Shown here piece by piece: positions 50,987-61,719 of a stretch of DNA of 64,000 nucleotides (its first letter is position 1; each line of letters starts with the position of its first letter). The stretch spans positions 861,212 to 925,211 of the forward strand of contig OY764869.1 of the NCBI GenBank assembly GCA_963668585.1, given 5' to 3'. The DNA is from Dehalococcoidia bacterium. Its GTDB lineage: Bacteria > Chloroflexota > Dehalococcoidia > Lucifugimonadales > UBA3495. The position numbers and the translations under genes are program-made. The notes beneath the pieces were generated by a model, which was given only the letters and a program-made list of their open reading frames with translations, made no database searches and had not been told where the DNA came from.

Positions 50987-51039
50987 CAAGAACTGCGTAT
51001 TTTCGTCAATCCCAAGTGGCAATGAACCAATCCCCAACC

Positions 51040-51567
51040 CTACGGGTTGATTATGCTGCTGCGGTTCTGGACTATGAAGGTTTCGCGGCGTTCCAGGTAG
51101 TCGGACACCAGGTTGACGAGGGCCTGGGGTCGCTGGGCCGCTATGTCGTGGCCGGCGTCGTACACGAAGGCGATGCTGCAATTGGCGATGCGCTCGCGGT
51201 AGATGCCGGCGGCTTCGGGCTGCACCGATTTATCGTCGCGTCCGAACACCACCAGGGTGGGACACTGCACCTCGCCGAGTCTGCCTTCCAGACCCGCCGC
51301 GTCGCCGTCGGCATGGCCGGCGGCGGAGCGGATGGCGGTGGGCGAGACCAGCACCAGAACCTCGACGTTTTCGGGGTCGTTCAGGGCGTGTTGCAACGCC
51401 GCATCGGCGCCGTCGGATACGCCGACCACCCCGTAGGGAGCCGAACCGGCATCCGCCACCGACTCCGCCGTGCGCCAGCGGTCCGACAGGCCAGCCCGCA
51501 GCGCCGGATTGCCGCCCGCCGCGCCGTCAAGTATCACCACGGCGCCGGGCGATTCTGCGGTTGTCAT
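51040..51567 (-). CDS. Reduced alpha/beta hydrolase-fold protein
   Basis: GVSDG elbow, PTLVVFG.DD, DAGH; directly downstream of an LLM gene. Confidence 0.65.
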   Translation of the reverse strand: MTTAESPGAVVILDGAAGGNPALRAGLSDRWRTAESVADAGSAPYGVVGVSDGADAALQHALNDPENVEVLVLVSPTAIRSAAGHADGDAAGLEGRLGEVQCPTLVVFGRDDKSVQPEAAGIYRERIANCSIAFVYDAGHDIAAQRPQALVNLVSDYLERRETFIVQNRSSIINP

Positions 51568-51570
51568 GGG

Positions 51571-52674
51571 CTACAACTCCTTGAGGCGGGGCAGGACTTC
51601 GCGGCCGAAAAGGTCAAGTTCTTCCATGATGTCCCGGTGGGTCAGGCTGGGCTGCTGGAAGAAGAGGTCGATGACGCCCATGCCGCAACGGTCGTGGTAC
51701 TCCCTGATCTCATTGAACACCTTGTCCGGCCCGCCGACGAAGGTCAGGCCGGGCGCGCCGCCAACGATGTCGCCGCTGGCGCTGCCGGCGAAGACGTTGC
51801 CGTAGTCCACATCCTGGCCGGCGCGGGTCGCCTGGATCACCTGTGACACCGACGAGCGCAGGGCCATGCCGGGGGCGCGGCCCCGGTCGGTCTGGCGGTC
51901 GAACCACTCCTGGGCCAGAGCGTCGGTTTCGGCGAGGTAGATGCTGCCGCGAAACACCATCTGGTCGGGCTGGGGCTGCCAGCCGTTATCGGCGCACCAG
52001 GCGTGGTATTTGTCGGTGATGCGGCCGGTTTCCTCCACTGGTATGAAGGACACGCCCAGGCCCAGCCCATGCTCGGCGGCATACTGCACACAGTCGTCGC
52101 TGCGGGTGGCCACCAGCGCGGCCGGAAATGGCTGCTGCACGGGACGGGGCCACACCGAAACCGTGCGGTACTGGTAGTAGCGTCCCTCCCATGAGAAAGG
52201 CTGAGGTTCGGTCATGGCCTTGAGGATGAGGTCCATGCCCTCCAGCATCCGGCCGCGTCCCTCGGCGGGGTTGACGCCGTACACCTGGTCCTCGTTGGGC
52301 GTGCCGCGCAGGAATCCCATGACGAGGCGGCCGTTGGTGAGGTTGTCCAGCAGGGTGAGTTCCTCGGCGGCGCGGACGGGGTTGTTCAGCGGCATCAGGG
52401 GGCCGAGCATGGCGATCTTGACGGTCTTGCAGCGTTCGGCGACGGCGGCGGCCATGACGGCCGGCGTGCCGGTGGCGATGCGTCCGGAGTAGTGATGCTC
52501 GGAGAAACTGACCCACTCGAAGCCCATCTCCTCGGCGAACTCGCATTCCTCCATGCCATCCTGGTAGCTCTGCACGGAGACGGCGGGGTCGCTGTAGCTG
52601 GCCGGCGTGGGCCACATGGGCGGGAAGTCGCGGCGGTCGGCATAGCCCATGGCGCCCAAATAAGATGCTTTCAT
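51571..52674 (-). CDS. LLM-class flavin-dependent monooxygenase
   Basis: GFEWVSFSEHHY, NPVRAAEE, GRL..GFLRG, WPRPVQQP. Confidence 0.9.
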   Translation of the reverse strand: MKASYLGAMGYADRRDFPPMWPTPASYSDPAVSVQSYQDGMEECEFAEEMGFEWVSFSEHHYSGRIATGTPAVMAAAVAERCKTVKIAMLGPLMPLNNPVRAAEELTLLDNLTNGRLVMGFLRGTPNEDQVYGVNPAEGRGRMLEGMDLILKAMTEPQPFSWEGRYYQYRTVSVWPRPVQQPFPAALVATRSDDCVQYAAEHGLGLGVSFIPVEETGRITDKYHAWCADNGWQPQPDQMVFRGSIYLAETDALAQEWFDRQTDRGRAPGMALRSSVSQVIQATRAGQDVDYGNVFAGSASGDIVGGAPGLTFVGGPDKVFNEIREYHDRCGMGVIDLFFQQPSLTHRDIMEELDLFGREVLPRLKEL

Positions 52675-52701
52675 GGTGTCGATGCTCCTGGCGTGTTGAC
52701 C

Positions 52702-53052
52702 TCAGGCCAATGGTTCCAACTTGTCGAGCAAACGCCGCACGTCGGCGAGGGCTGCGGCCACGTTGTCGGCATTGTTCCAATTTTCGTAGAAATTGACGTG
52801 CAGGTTTCCGGCAACGTCGAACAATCGACGGATTTCATCATCGCCGGTTTCGGACACCAGTTGAGCAACAGCGTTATACAACGACGCGTGGCTCCGGTGT
52901 GCCCATCTGCGCCGCTCTGCGACTGATTTGACCATCTGGGCGGCAGCACCCCAGCCTTTTTCGGATGCTTGCCTCACATCGCCGGCGGCAAGTTCGCTCT
53001 CTGCCTGGGCGAGTAAACTTCGGCTAGCCTCTTTGTAGGTTTGGGTTACCAT
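52702..53052 (-). CDS. PaREP1-family (HEPN-like) protein, copy 1
   Basis: QASEKGWGAAAQM, RSH, LHVNFYE. Confidence 0.78.
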   Translation of the reverse strand: MVTQTYKEASRSLLAQAESELAAGDVRQASEKGWGAAAQMVKSVAERRRWAHRSHASLYNAVAQLVSETGDDEIRRLFDVAGNLHVNFYENWNNADNVAAALADVRRLLDKLEPLA

Positions 53053-53235
53053 TTACCGTCTCTTGACTTCACTGTAACGATGATTGCGGCGGGGGGAACG
53101 GCACTGCGTACCAACGGGTGCATATTGCGATGGTATAGAGGCCCGATGGGAGTGTCAACGGGCGGCTTTCCTCGATCCCTCCGACGCTCAGCGCCGGATA
53201 TAGTACATTCTAAAGTGAAACAGGGAGGCAGAATC

Positions 53236-53365
53236 ATGGCAGTCAAAAGAGAAGATATTGCCACCGTGGGCCGCGCCGCTCATCGGAATGGGCTTGCTGA
53301 ACGGCAGTCGCCTGATTGTTGATTCGTGGGAAGGCGGCGACGTGGTTATTGAGGAAAGCCCATAG
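53236..53365 (+). pseudogene. Remnant encoding the C-terminus of a clan AA aspartic protease-like protein
   Basis: SD GGAGG and ATG, then in a shifted frame PLIGMGLLNGSRLIVDSWEGGDVVIEE*; no DTG motif. Confidence 0.4.
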
Positions 53366-53384
53366 CCCGGTCGCGATCGACTCA

Positions 53385-53419
53385 AAAAATGAAAGCGCCC
53401 CTCGGAATTGAGGGGCGCT
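53385..53419 (-). terminator. Intrinsic terminator of the cupin gene
   Basis: AGCGCCCCTC/GAGGGGCGCT stem with a T-rich tail on the minus strand. Confidence 0.65.
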
Positions 53420-53449
53420 CATCTTGCGCAGGGTCTCCAGCGGTGAAGG

Positions 53450-54034
53450 TTAGCGGTCCATCACCACCATGGTGCCCTCGTTGGGGTTGTACTGGTAGCG
53501 GGTGATGCGGTCGAGTTTCTGGGACTCGAGGCGCACGACGACGGCGCGGCCGTCGGCGCGGTGGCCGGTGACGTTCAGGGTGTTGTGGATCTCACCGGGC
53601 AGGAAGAAGGCAACCTTGCCGTCCTTCTGGGTGAAGTCGCCGGTCTCCTGAAGCTGTATGGCGTCAACGCCCTCGCCGGGATAGAACCAGCGCCACTTGG
53701 TCTGCTTGATGGCGCCGTCGTACACGCCGTACACCACCCAGGCGTTGCCGTGGTCGTGGGGCAGGTTGTCCTGTTCGGGCTTCTGCACCGAGGCCATCAG
53801 CCAGAAACCGCCGCCGGGGTGTCCGTAGTCCTCGTCCAGGTGGAGGTCATAGCGTCCGAAGCCGCCCTCGTCGGGGAGTTCGAGGCGCTCTTCCAGCCAG
53901 CCGGGGGTCTTCAGCAGAAGCTCCATGCGTTCCGCCACGCCCGAAGCCTGGGCGAGGGGGTCCTCCGTGGAGTCGAAAATGTCGCGAACGTCGTCGATGA
54001 ATGCGTCCACCGAATAGGCCGTGGTCTGCGTCAT
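53450..54034 (-). CDS. Cysteine-dioxygenase-like cupin
   Basis: PHDHG.AW..YGV..G and F.PGEIH His triad. Confidence 0.65.
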   Translation of the reverse strand: MTQTTAYSVDAFIDDVRDIFDSTEDPLAQASGVAERMELLLKTPGWLEERLELPDEGGFGRYDLHLDEDYGHPGGGFWLMASVQKPEQDNLPHDHGNAWVVYGVYDGAIKQTKWRWFYPGEGVDAIQLQETGDFTQKDGKVAFFLPGEIHNTLNVTGHRADGRAVVVRLESQKLDRITRYQYNPNEGTMVVMDR

Positions 54035-54306
54035 GTTGAATCCTCCAAGTATCTCAGTAACCTATTTTGTTCATTGTGATGGGTAATATGTAGCGTGTCA
54101 ACCGGGGATGCCCCCTGCGCTTCCACGGCCGCAATACTCTGGAACGGGGAAACGATTTATCGGGATGCACAGGATAAACGGGATGAACAGGATGCGGAGC
54201 GACGCGTGGCAGCCTGACGCGGCGCCTGTGCTATGATTGGCCCGTTTTCTACGAACGTCGCTGAACCTCGACCCGTCGCCGAACCTCGTGCTCAGGAGGT
54301 GCGATC

Positions 54307-55323
54307 ATGCCGCCACGTGGCAACGAATGGCTGGCCCTAACCGCCGAACCGACCCTGGAACCCGATCTGCCCATCTGCGACCCTCACCATCACTTCTGGG
54401 TGCAGCGTCCCGAACCCATTGACTACCAGCAGTACCTGCTGCCCGACCTGGTGGCAGACATCACCAGCGGGCACAACGTGCGCTCCACCGTGTTCATCGA
54501 AGCGCGGTCGGAGTACCGCACCGACGGGCCGGAGGAGATGCGTCCCGTGGGCGAGGTGGAGTTCGTGCAGAGCATCGCCGACGACAGCGCCAGCGGACGC
54601 CACGGCAACTCCCGCGCCGCCGCCGCCATCATCGGCCGCGCCGACCTGAAGATGGGCGACGCCGTGCGGCCCGTGCTGGAGGCGTTGCAGGCCGCCAGCC
54701 CCAACCGCTTCCGCGGCATCCGCCACTCGGTCGGGTGGGACCCTCACCCCGAGGTCGAAAACCGCGAGGTTGAGGGCTGCCTGCAGCGGGACGACTACAT
54801 GGCCGGCGCCCGGGCGCTGCAGGACATGGGGCTGATCCTGGAAACCACCGTCTTCTTCCCGCAACTGCCCGACCTGGCCGACTTCGCCCGCAGGATGCCC
54901 GACCTGACCATCGTGCTGAACCACATCGGCGGCATGATGCGCACCGGCCCCTACGCCAACCGGGACGACGAGGTCATCCCGCAGTGGCGCAGCGGCATCG
55001 AGGCCGTGGGCGCCTGCCCCAACGTGATCATGAAGCTTGGCGGCATCGGGATGCCCCGCATCGGCTATGACTGGCACGAGCGGGAGACGCCCATCGGTTC
55101 CGAGGAACTGGCCGGTTCGGTGGGCGACTGGATGCGTCACTGCCTGGACTCGTTCGGGCCTGACCGGTGCATGTTCGAGAGCAACTTCCCGGTGGACAAG
55201 GTGTCGTTCTCGTACAACGTGATGTACAACGCCTTCAAGCGGATGTCGGAGGGCTACTCGGCGTCCGAGCGGGCGGCGGCTTTTCACGACACGGCCGTGC
55301 GCGTGTACCGGATTGAGACGTAG
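54307..55323 (+). CDS. Amidohydrolase_2 family protein
   Basis: ICDPHHH, FRGIRH, LNHIG, RCMFESNFPVD. Confidence 0.88.
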   Translation: MPPRGNEWLALTAEPTLEPDLPICDPHHHFWVQRPEPIDYQQYLLPDLVADITSGHNVRSTVFIEARSEYRTDGPEEMRPVGEVEFVQSIADDSASGRHGNSRAAAAIIGRADLKMGDAVRPVLEALQAASPNRFRGIRHSVGWDPHPEVENREVEGCLQRDDYMAGARALQDMGLILETTVFFPQLPDLADFARRMPDLTIVLNHIGGMMRTGPYANRDDEVIPQWRSGIEAVGACPNVIMKLGGIGMPRIGYDWHERETPIGSEELAGSVGDWMRHCLDSFGPDRCMFESNFPVDKVSFSYNVMYNAFKRMSEGYSASERAAAFHDTAVRVYRIET

Positions 55324-55403
55324 AAAATCGTTCTTGCCATACCGTAGGGGCGGCGGATGCGTCGCCCCTACAACGGTGACACTCTTACCGTGACGGAGGA
55401 TCT

Positions 55404-56552
55404 ATGGAGCCCTTTGAGATAGCAATCAGCGATGAGGTATTGGACGACCTGCGCCAGCGGCTCAGGCTCACCCGTTGGCCCGACGAGATGCCCGGCGTGG
55501 GCTGGGACTACGGTTCCAACCTGGACTACATCAAGGAGTTGTGCGAATACTGGCGCAACGACTTTGACTGGCGGGCGCAGGAGAAGAAACTCAACGCGTT
55601 CCATCACTACAAGTCGGAGGTGGACGGCCTCAGCATCCACTTCATCCTGGAGAAGGGGACGGGGCCGAACCCGATGCCGCTGGTGATCACCCACGGGTGG
55701 CCCAGCACCTTCTTCGAAATGTCCAAGATCATCCCGCTGCTGGCCGATCCCGGCAGCCACGGCGGCGACCCCGCCGATTCCTTCGACGTGGTGGCGCCGT
55801 CGCTGCCCGGTTTCGGGTTCTCCCAGGCATCGCAGGAGCAGGGGATGCAGGTGCAGAAGGTGGCCGACCTGTGGGCCAAACTGATGACCGAGAACCTGGG
55901 CTATCCGAAGTTCGCGGCGCAGGGCGGCGACATCGGCGCGGGCGTCACCTCGCGTCTCGGCTATGCGCACTCGGACAAGATGATCGGGGTACACCTGACG
56001 TCGATCACGCGGCCGACGCCATACCTTGGGCCGGGCTCGTCTCCGCTGACCGAGGCGGAGCAGGCGCACTCGGACCAGCGGGAACGCTGGCAGCAGAGTG
56101 AGGGCGGGTACAGCCACATCCAGGGCACCAAGCCGCAGACGCTATCCTACGGGCTCAACGACTCGCCGGCCGGCCTGGCCGCGTGGATCGTGGAGAAGTA
56201 CCGCACGTGGAGCGACTGCAACGGCGACGTTGAGAGCAGTTACACCAAGGACGAACTGCTGACGACCGTGACCATCTACTGGGTCACGCAGACCATCGGG
56301 TCGTCGGTGCGGATGTACAAGGAGAACCAGAGCGCGGTGTGGGAGATGGCAGAGGGCGAGAAGGTGCCGACGCCGGCCGGCATGGCGATGTTCCCGCAGG
56401 AGATCGCCAAGCCGCCGCGCGAGTGGGCGGAGCGTTCCTGGGACGTGCGCCGGTGGGAGCAGATGCCGAGCGGCGGGCACTTCGCCGCGCTGGAGGAACC
56501 GGAGTTGCTGGCCCGCGAGGTTCGGGAGTTCTTCCGACCATTCCGCGGCTGA
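55404..56552 (+). CDS. Epoxide hydrolase (microsomal type)
   Basis: EHN domain, HGWP, PSLPGFGFS, QGGDIG, GGHFAALE. Confidence 0.92.
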   Translation: MEPFEIAISDEVLDDLRQRLRLTRWPDEMPGVGWDYGSNLDYIKELCEYWRNDFDWRAQEKKLNAFHHYKSEVDGLSIHFILEKGTGPNPMPLVITHGWPSTFFEMSKIIPLLADPGSHGGDPADSFDVVAPSLPGFGFSQASQEQGMQVQKVADLWAKLMTENLGYPKFAAQGGDIGAGVTSRLGYAHSDKMIGVHLTSITRPTPYLGPGSSPLTEAEQAHSDQRERWQQSEGGYSHIQGTKPQTLSYGLNDSPAGLAAWIVEKYRTWSDCNGDVESSYTKDELLTTVTIYWVTQTIGSSVRMYKENQSAVWEMAEGEKVPTPAGMAMFPQEIAKPPREWAERSWDVRRWEQMPSGGHFAALEEPELLAREVREFFRPFRG

Positions 56553-56587
56553 TCCCAAAGCGTCGGGACTGATGGCCGGTATATTGG

Positions 56588-56616
56588 TAGGGGCGGGTTT
56601 GAAACCCGCCCCTACG
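56588..56616. repeat. Complete GTAG-type REP palindrome
   Basis: GTAGGGGCGGGTTTGAAACCCGCCCCTAC; related palindromes near 27069, 33628, 34257, 35251, 55344 and 57132. Confidence 0.8.
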
Positions 56617-56683
56617 CCGTGAATGGCCCCTCCGATTGGGGAGGACGTCGTTTATCGCGTCCCCAGTTTATTGCGTGCCCAGT

Positions 56684-57034
56684 TTATTGAGTCCCTACCC
56701 GGGACTGGCCGGATGGCGGGATGGAGAACTCCGGCGGGCTGCCGTCGGCGTGGTGGTGATTGCCCAGGATGGCCAGCACTTCCTCCTGGGACAGGCGGAT
56801 TTCCTCGTGCGTCAGGCGGATTTCCTCGGTCAACCGTTCCTCAACGGCGCCCATTTCCATGCGGAGGTCGTGGACTTCCAGCCGGACGTTGTGGATCTCC
56901 TGGCGCAGCTCGCGGATGTCGTCGCGCGTGCTGATGTTGACCTGGTACACCAGGCCAACCAGGGCGGCCATCGCCAGCACGATGCTGGCCACGGCGCCCA
57001 GAACGCCCGCGTATGGTCTCATTCTGTCCAACAT
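56684..57034 (-). CDS. Small TM plus coiled-coil hypothetical protein
   Basis: N-terminal helix followed by heptad-like EIR repeats. Confidence 0.55.
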   Translation of the reverse strand: MLDRMRPYAGVLGAVASIVLAMAALVGLVYQVNISTRDDIRELRQEIHNVRLEVHDLRMEMGAVEERLTEEIRLTHEEIRLSQEEVLAILGNHHHADGSPPEFSIPPSGQSRVGTQ

Positions 57035-57173
57035 GACAATGCCCTGCCATGAATTATATCAGCTTTTCAAAGCTCAAAGCGATGCAGATGTGACACCAAT
57101 GACTGTGTACGCTAACTTTAAATGCAAAAGTTGTAGGGGCGAATAATCATTCTCCCCCACGGTTTGGTGATGC

Positions 57174-58049
57174 TCACCGTTGCAGGAACTTCAGGATTTT
57201 CGGGTTGACATCTTCGGGCCGTTCCTGGTGCATGAAGTGGCCGGCGCCGGGGATGATTACCTTTTCCAGACCGCCCTTGAAGTAGGAGTACATGCCTGAA
57301 CTCAGGAAGGACTCCAGCCGCCGGGGGCGGTCGCGCGTGCCGTGCAGCGCCAAGGTGGGCACGGTGACGGGGCCGGCCGCGATGATGGCCTGGTCGGCGC
57401 GCACCTGGTCGTCAACCTGCGCGGCGTCGTAGCGGGCGCGGTAGTATCCCAGCGCGGCCTGGACGACCCCCGGCTTGCGGAAGGTGGACCGGATGCTCTC
57501 CAGCGCCTCGGCGGGTATGTCCCACTCGGGCGAGGCCCAGCGCCACCACTCCTCGACGAAGGCATAGTCGTTGTGGGACACGGCTTCCTCGGCCTCGGGC
57601 CGCTGGAAAAAGAACCCGTGCCACGTGCCCTGCAGGTACTGGAATTCAAGGCTCAACTCGCGGTCCACGCGGCCCGACGCGATGGTCACCAGTTTGATGA
57701 CACGCTCGGGCGCGAGGGCGGTGGCTCCCACCACGGCGCCGGCGCCCCAGTCGTTGCCGATCAGATAGGCTCGCTCCGCGCCCAGTGCGCCGATGAGTTC
57801 CACCGCGTCGCGGGCCATGAGCGCAGAATGATACCGCCCGTCGGCCGGCGCGGAGGTTGGGGCGTAGCCGCGCATGAAGGGCGCGACGGCGCGGAATCCG
57901 GCGGCGGCCAGGTCGGGCAGCAGGTGGCGGAAGGACCAGGCATGGTCGGGGAAGCCGTGCAGGCAGATGGCCAACGGCCCGTCGCCCATCTCGAGGTAGT
58001 GAAAGTCAATGCCGTTGGCATTCACCGAACCGGTGTTGAAATCAGTCAT
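57174..58049 (-). CDS. Alpha/beta hydrolase, soluble epoxide hydrolase-like
   Basis: LHGFPD, GNDWGA, YYRA, GAGHF..QE. Confidence 0.9.
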   Translation of the reverse strand: MTDFNTGSVNANGIDFHYLEMGDGPLAICLHGFPDHAWSFRHLLPDLAAAGFRAVAPFMRGYAPTSAPADGRYHSALMARDAVELIGALGAERAYLIGNDWGAGAVVGATALAPERVIKLVTIASGRVDRELSLEFQYLQGTWHGFFFQRPEAEEAVSHNDYAFVEEWWRWASPEWDIPAEALESIRSTFRKPGVVQAALGYYRARYDAAQVDDQVRADQAIIAAGPVTVPTLALHGTRDRPRRLESFLSSGMYSYFKGGLEKVIIPGAGHFMHQERPEDVNPKILKFLQR

Positions 58050-58081
58050 AACGCCTCACGATACGTTGCATGGATGTGGAT

Positions 58082-59119
58082 CTAGCGGAGGTCGTAGGAT
58101 ACCTGCAGACCGACGGAGACTTCCACCTCGGGGTCCGAGTCGAAAGGCAGCAGCACGGAAAAGGGATAGACCGCCGGCCCGCCGCAGGAGGAGGGGTCAG
58201 TGCCGGGGAACCGGAACGGGACGCTGTTCAGCGGGTACTCCAATGCGCCGTTCACCGCTCCCCGTTCCACTCCCAGGGCATCGGCCAGGTCGTCGGCGGC
58301 TTTTTCAGCGCCGGGCGCCGCTTCGCGGCGAGCCAGGGAGATGGCCTGTTCGCAGTTTGCCTCGGAAAGAGTGAACCGCACGCCAAAGGAATCTGAACGA
58401 CGTACGACTTCCTCAATCTGCTCCACAACGGCCTCGCCGATGGCGGCAAATTCGTTTACGTCAACCGCCACCGATATGCTTGAAGGTTCGTACCTGCCCA
58501 GGGTTTCGAACTCCACTGCCTCCTCTGAGAAGCCGATGGTTTCCAGGTTCGCGATAATCTCCTGGCGGTCTTTTGCGGACAACTGCTGCAGGCCGGATGG
58601 CCCATAGTCCATTTCGGGGATTACCACGACGTGGGCCTCGTCCGCCGCAACGGTTACGGAGCCGATTGCGGATACCGTCAGGCTGCCGGCGGCTGCCATC
58701 GTCTGCGGAACCGGAGACAGGCTGAAACCGCCGACGCTTCCCCAGCCCGATCCCTGCCCCGATCCCAACGGCGCGGCCACCGAACGGGAACTCAGCACCA
58801 CCAGGGACCCGCTGCTCCCTGAGCCTGCCCGATCCGACGCGACCGGCACAGTGGGCGCAGGCGTGGGCGCTTCCGTTGGTGTGGCGGTCGGTTCCGGCGG
58901 GGCCGTTGGCGGAACCGCGGTTGCCGTGACCGCGGTCTCACCCGGTGGACTCGGCGCGACGGCAACGGTTGGCGCGACGGCCGGCGGCGCGGCGGCGGCG
59001 GACGTTGAGGCAGGCAACGGATCGGCCGCATCCTGACCGCACGCCAACGACGCTCCGGCCACCACAAGGACGATGGCAAGGAACGCCGGCAACCTCAAAC
59101 GACTCAATATATTGCCCAT
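58082..59119 (-). CDS. Lipoprotein with a P/T/A linker and SIMPL (DUF541)-like domain
   Basis: Lipobox SLAC; LTVSA.GSV.V.AD, A..LA.ALGV..G, V.V.V...VSY. Confidence 0.6.
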   Translation of the reverse strand: MGNILSRLRLPAFLAIVLVVAGASLACGQDAADPLPASTSAAAAPPAVAPTVAVAPSPPGETAVTATAVPPTAPPEPTATPTEAPTPAPTVPVASDRAGSGSSGSLVVLSSRSVAAPLGSGQGSGWGSVGGFSLSPVPQTMAAAGSLTVSAIGSVTVAADEAHVVVIPEMDYGPSGLQQLSAKDRQEIIANLETIGFSEEAVEFETLGRYEPSSISVAVDVNEFAAIGEAVVEQIEEVVRRSDSFGVRFTLSEANCEQAISLARREAAPGAEKAADDLADALGVERGAVNGALEYPLNSVPFRFPGTDPSSCGGPAVYPFSVLLPFDSDPEVEVSVGLQVSYDLR

Positions 59120-59246
59120 AAATCCCCCAAATCGATAGACATACATTTCAAGCAACATTCACCAAGGATATTAAATGCACTGAATGCCCATTGTAGCGGC
59201 AAATTACGCTCACGCAGAGGTATGTCGCGAGGAAACTCGGGGGGGT

Positions 59247-60347
59247 TCAGAATTGGTGGATTTGGGGTAGGACTTCCCTGCCGAACAGTTCGATTTCGGC
59301 CATCACGTCCTTATGGGTCAGGCCCGGTTGCTGGAAGGCGAGGTCCACGACGCCGACGCCGCATCTGTCGTGGTATTCCCTCAACTGCCTGGCCACCGTG
59401 TCGGGACTGCCCACAAAATTCAGCATCCGTATGCCGCCCGGCCTGGTTTGGGGCGGCGCGGCCGGCGCGGAGCGGGGGTCGAACTGCCGGCCGGCGCGGG
59501 CGGCCTGCACCGCCTGGGCCAGCGAACGCCCGATGAACATGCCGCTGCCGCCGCCCGCCGCCTCCACTCGGTCCCTGATCGCTTCCGCCTCGGCGTCGGT
59601 TTCGCCCAGGCAGATTCCGCCGCGATAGACGATGTCGTCGGGCGCGGGCCGCCAGCCGGATTCTTCGCTCCATGCCCGGTACTTTCCCACCGTCAGGGCC
59701 ATATCGTCGGGTTGATCGTAGGAGATGCCCAGGCCCAGGCGGTTGGCCGCCGCGTACCGGACGGTGTCCTCGCTGCGCGTTGCCACAATCAGCGGCGGCA
59801 GGGGACGCTGAACCGGCTGAGGCCAGACGCAGACGGTGCGGTACTGGTAATGCCGGCCCTCCCAGGAGAACGGCTGTGACTCCGTCAATGCCTTGAGGAC
59901 GAGGTCCATGCCCTCGATCAGCCGGTCGCGTCCCTCGGCGGGGTTGAGGTCGTACACCTGGTCCTCGCTGGGAGTGCCGCGCATGAACGCCGCCACCAGC
60001 CGGCCGCCGGTGAGGTTGTCGAGCATCCCGATTTCCTCGGCGGCGCGGACGGGGTTGTTCAGGGGCAGCAGTTGGCCCAGCAGGGCGATGCGCGCCCTTT
60101 TGCAGCGTTCGGCGACGGCGGCGGCCATCACCGCAGGGTTGGGCGTGGTGCGGTTGCCGGAGTAGTGGTGTTCCGACAGGCTGATCCAGTCGAACCCCAA
60201 CTCCTCGGCCAGTTCGCATTCGGCCATGCCCTCCCGGTAGGAGCGCATGGAAACCTCGGGGTCGTAGTACGAGGGCGGGACGGGCCAGCCCGATGGGAAT
60301 CCGCCGCGTTCGGCGTAGCCCATGCAACCGAAATACGATGCCTTCAT
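59247..60347 (-). CDS. LLM-class flavin-dependent monooxygenase (close paralog of 51571-52674)
   Basis: MKASY start, SEHHYSG, PLNNPVRAAEE, QPFSWEGR.YQYRTV. Confidence 0.9.
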   Translation of the reverse strand: MKASYFGCMGYAERGGFPSGWPVPPSYYDPEVSMRSYREGMAECELAEELGFDWISLSEHHYSGNRTTPNPAVMAAAVAERCKRARIALLGQLLPLNNPVRAAEEIGMLDNLTGGRLVAAFMRGTPSEDQVYDLNPAEGRDRLIEGMDLVLKALTESQPFSWEGRHYQYRTVCVWPQPVQRPLPPLIVATRSEDTVRYAAANRLGLGISYDQPDDMALTVGKYRAWSEESGWRPAPDDIVYRGGICLGETDAEAEAIRDRVEAAGGGSGMFIGRSLAQAVQAARAGRQFDPRSAPAAPPQTRPGGIRMLNFVGSPDTVARQLREYHDRCGVGVVDLAFQQPGLTHKDVMAEIELFGREVLPQIHQF

Positions 60348-60461
60348 GGATCCCCCACCGTGAGCCCTGGTTGGCCGGATAGTAGGCGGGCGCGGTTGGG
60401 GTTGTCAACGTGGGTTGTGGGCTCGATGCAGCCTCTCCGGAACCCGCGCCCGGCGGTCTGC

Positions 60462-61283
60462 CTACCCTCCCGATGAGCCTGATGGAGAACTCGTCGATTC
60501 CAGACCGCATGAAGCCAGGCCGAAGAAGAATGCGAAGACCGCCATGAGTTCCTCTTCGGTGGGGTTGGGCTTGGACAGGGCGGCGATTGCGGGTTCCAGG
60601 AGTTCCTGGACGCAGGGGTTCTCCTGGCCGCTGGCTTCCACCTGCCGAACCACGGCGGCGAACGCGATGGCAAAGGTCAGGGCGCCGGTGGTGTCAGTGG
60701 ACAGGCAACTGAATATGACTATGTCCTCCAGCCGGGGCTCACCGCTGGGGTCGGCTTCACGGAAGACCGAGTTCTGCAACGCGATGGCAAGCCGTTCCTG
60801 GCCGAGCGCGGCAACCATGCACGCTCGCTCTTCGTCGGAAAAGAGGTCATTCAGGTCGCCCCAGGTGGGCTCAGGGTTGGGGCCCTGAGGGCCGTTGGGT
60901 ATCAGACGGTCGTAGAACTGCCTGAAGATGGTCGTGGAAACGACGGCAGGGGGTTTGGGCTCCCGCTCGGCGCGGAAGATCACCTGCCTGGGCTCTTCCA
61001 GATCTGCCGTGCTCCCGGGCCGGCGGACCAGCAGGTTGCAGACCTCATCGGGTGAGCCGGGAATGTATCCGGCAGCGTAGCCGTCATCGGCCGGATGCGC
61101 CCGCACCGTCTCGTAGCCGTTGCTGTCCGCGCTACGTATGATGAACCACTCCGCGCCTTCGGAGTCGGTGAAGAACTGCTCGCCCTGCTCTGCCGGCCAA
61201 CCGGAGGGACAGTCCGGCTGCCGGGCATGGGCAGTCTCCGTTGGCAGGGAGATTGCGGCCAACGCGCAAATGAGCAATATCAC
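60462..61283 (-). CDS. Exported hypothetical protein with Cys pairs
   Basis: Signal peptide ending AHA; six Cys in the mature part; start codon uncertain. Confidence 0.55.
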   Translation of the reverse strand: MILLICALAAISLPTETAHARQPDCPSGWPAEQGEQFFTDSEGAEWFIIRSADSNGYETVRAHPADDGYAAGYIPGSPDEVCNLLVRRPGSTADLEEPRQVIFRAEREPKPPAVVSTTIFRQFYDRLIPNGPQGPNPEPTWGDLNDLFSDEERACMVAALGQERLAIALQNSVFREADPSGEPRLEDIVIFSCLSTDTTGALTFAIAFAAVVRQVEASGQENPCVQELLEPAIAALSKPNPTEEELMAVFAFFFGLASCGLESTSSPSGSSGG

Positions 61284-61719
61284 CGCAATGTTGCTTGCCG
61301 TTTTGATATCAACACCTCAACGATTGTTGGCCGCCACGATGGTGCGACAGCGCCTATGTGTGAACTGTGAAACAGAGTTGCATATGAGCCAGTTGACGCT
61401 TCGATACCCTGATACAGAGCAAGCGGATATTCGTTCATACCCGGTCAATTGTGGACTATTGCTGATGGCGCAGTCCCCAATGAGCGCAGGCAAGAATCGT
61501 CCAGTATGGCGAGGGACGGTCAGGGACGGTCCTGGAGCCGTATTGCGCCCGGCGCAGCCGTCCAATCCGGCTTCATTCGCGCTTCGGGCAGGAGAATGCG
61601 AGGGAGAGGATGCAGGCGATTTCGCTGCTCGCAATCGAGCATCGTCAGGCAGACCGCGCCGGCAAAGTTGCCCAACTGGAATAGAGGCGATAACATACGA
61701 AACAGCAGAGGAGCCGCCA

